In this document: positions 62,101 through 64,000 of the stretch, in pieces
How the letters are laid out: every line of letters begins with the position of its first letter
How positions within the stretch are numbered: the stretch's first letter is position 1
Source of the DNA: Lingula anatina
Taxonomy: Eukaryota; Animalia; Brachiopoda
Length of the DNA: 64,000 bases
Assembly: GCA_051362555.1 (NCBI GenBank)
Contig: CM120640.1
Coordinates: 70,968,788-71,032,787, forward strand
Direction of reading: 5' to 3'
Made by a program: the position numbers and the translations under genes
The notes under the pieces: model-generated
What the model was told of the DNA's origin: nothing
The model's database searches: none
What the model saw: the letters and a program-made list of their open reading frames with translations, nothing else

Positions 62101-63491
62101 TCCGGTGTATATCCGCCATTATGAGACTCAGTGTGTTATCTTTAATTTGAATGTTTTTTAACCAACAGCTGCTAATGGCTTATAAGTGACGTAACATAAC
62201 ATATATCATCCTATATCATGCTATGCCTAGCAAGCGCGTCATCTTGCCTTTGGTTTTTATCCGATTCTTTCGTTTAAGTACACACTGTTCTATATAGTAT
62301 ATTACCGTTGATCTTATGCATCATGGCTACCTTTGGATCATAAAACGTCTTCAGAAAACCGTTTCAATCACTGCTCTTATAGATACTTTATCTTTGAACT
62401 TTAACATAAGGGGCAAATAAAAGAAGACATCATGTAACAAGTAAATGTATGGTGACGTACTAGGATGACTTCCTGGTCCGGGATAGGCGTGACGTCATCC
62501 TCGGTCACTTCTCCCGTGTAAAAGCTGGCCGAGAGTTTTGGGGCGTTGTCATTGATGTCGTCTAGTATAATCTCCACCGACGCGTAAGACTGGAAAAAAT
62601 TGACAACGGTGACCATATGCTTCGTACTGCCACAACACAAAAATAATTGCTTAAAACACTTGACAAGAAGTATTAATTGAAATGAATGTAAGAAAATTTG
62701 CAGAGACGATACAGATGTCGTTTTAAACTGTAGTGAATCAGGGCCGTAGCCTCCGGGGGGGCAGGGGGGGGCAGCTGCCCCCCCTGGGATTTAGAATTTT
62801 CCACACTGGTAGGGAGACACCCTCTCCCCCCTCGGGGGCTTCGCCCCCTCGTGTCCGCCTACTGCCCCCCCTGGCATTTTGCTCAGGCTACGGCCCTGTG
62901 AATTTATTTTAAGTAAAGATCAAAGTTTCAAATCTGGCTGCACCTTACCTCTCTAGGTACGTCAGCCATATCTTTGGCCCCTACCACAATACCAAACATC
63001 TTGTTAATCTCTCTGTCTAACAACTCGCTCTGTTTCTTCACAGTTATCCTGCCGTTCTGAAGGCAAAAACCACACCCTTATTACGGTTGTATTCGTGAAG
63101 GCAAATAAAACTATGTTTGAATGTTGGCCATGTAGGTCTCATAAACTTAAGAGTAGACTTTTGGTCATAAAAGCAGATTGTATTTAAATTAAATGCAAAT
63201 TTAGATTACATAATGAGATTCACTGACATCAGTTTACCAAGCACCACAACCGTGAAGTACCCGGATGTCACTCACCTGGTCAATATCAAACACATCGGAG
63301 CCAAACCCGGGCACGAGGCGGTACTCAATATCTCCATTGGAGCCCTTATCAACGTCGAACGCTGCCACTTCTCCTACGAAGGTCCCTGGACTGGATTCCT
63401 CAGGGATGTGGAAGGTGTACTGGTCTTGACGGAACTTGGGAGGATTGTCGTTAATGTCCTTGATGATCACCGTCACCGTAGTTTCAGCCGT
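56143..63491 (-). CDS. Cadherin-repeat protein, 3' portion (5' end outside window); exons 63491-63276, 63056-62949, 62589-62461, 61910-61740, 61461-61215, 59691-59290, 58968-58718, 58370-58191, 57991-57733, 57528-57214, 56777-56143
   Basis: Multiple EC repeats with DxNDNxPxF, LDRE/FDRE, AxDxD and AxDxGxP motifs; GT-AG junctions in frame. Confidence 0.9.
60081..61225. repeat. 35-bp minisatellite, 33 copies, each containing the cadherin exon end and 5' splice site
   Basis: TAGTAACATCTCACCTGTGTTAGGGTCTATGTGTG from 60081 to 61201 (period 35); minus strand reads CCTAACACAG|GTGAGA. Confidence 0.97.
62739..62898. mobile_element. GC-rich MITE
   Basis: 14-bp TIR CAGGGCCGTAGCCT/AGGCTACGGCCCTG with 5-bp TSD TGAAT. 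Confidence 0.85.
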
Positions 63492-64000
63492 CTGGAAAAT
63501 GAACATGGAATTTAGCTTTGAGAGTTTATGAAACGCAAAATGTTGAATAATATATGTATGGTTATGCGAATTTTTTCTTACATCAACATCTTATGGCTAA
63601 TTTATGAGCAATGGTATATATTCTTCAATATATCGGAAATATTTTGATAAAAAAATACATGCAAATACAAAATATTTATTCTCAAACTTACATATTTGCC
63701 GTCAGTTACTCGGATTTGAAGCAAGTGTTGGTCTTTCTCCTCGCGATCTAGTTCCTTAGCGGAAGTAATCCAACCGCTTTTTTATAGAAAATGGATAAAA
63801 AAAAACATATCAGAACACACTTCAAAAGGTGTATGAAAATTCATAGACTGAATATCTTTTTCCATATATTAAGCTTGGGGGGACACTAAGAAAATGAGTA
63901 AATACTGTTTAAAAACTTTTGTTCATGCTGTAAGTTAACAGAGTGTTATCTAATATATTATACGTACGAGTTGGAGATTTCAAATATACCATCTTCATTG

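Overview
AT-rich, intron-containing invertebrate animal DNA (probably a mollusc or other lophotrochozoan; this is an inference). It holds four spliced protein-coding genes: ZUP1/ZUFSP (+, CDS 396-15731); a DBHS-family NONO/SFPQ/PSPC1 homologue (-, 37418-24668); a ZMYM2/3/4 (WOC)-type zinc-finger/DUF3504 gene (+, 37896-52958) head-to-head with it; and the 3' part of a cadherin-repeat gene (-, from beyond 63491 to 56143) with no visible transmembrane segment. Several signals are missed by the ORF track. A minus-strand spliced non-coding unit downstream of the DBHS gene carries three paralogous intronic C/D snoRNAs (SNORD65/snR77-like guide) plus further candidates. A 22-bp long-range duplex links two candidate poison exons in the last DBHS intron. 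ZMYM has an alternative terminal exon. Tandem duplications recur exactly on splice sites or a stop codon, up to 33 copies of one 5' splice site. Two inverted satellite-carrying Helentron/HINE-like elements and several MITEs are also present. Exon boundaries were read by eye from GT/AG and frame continuity.
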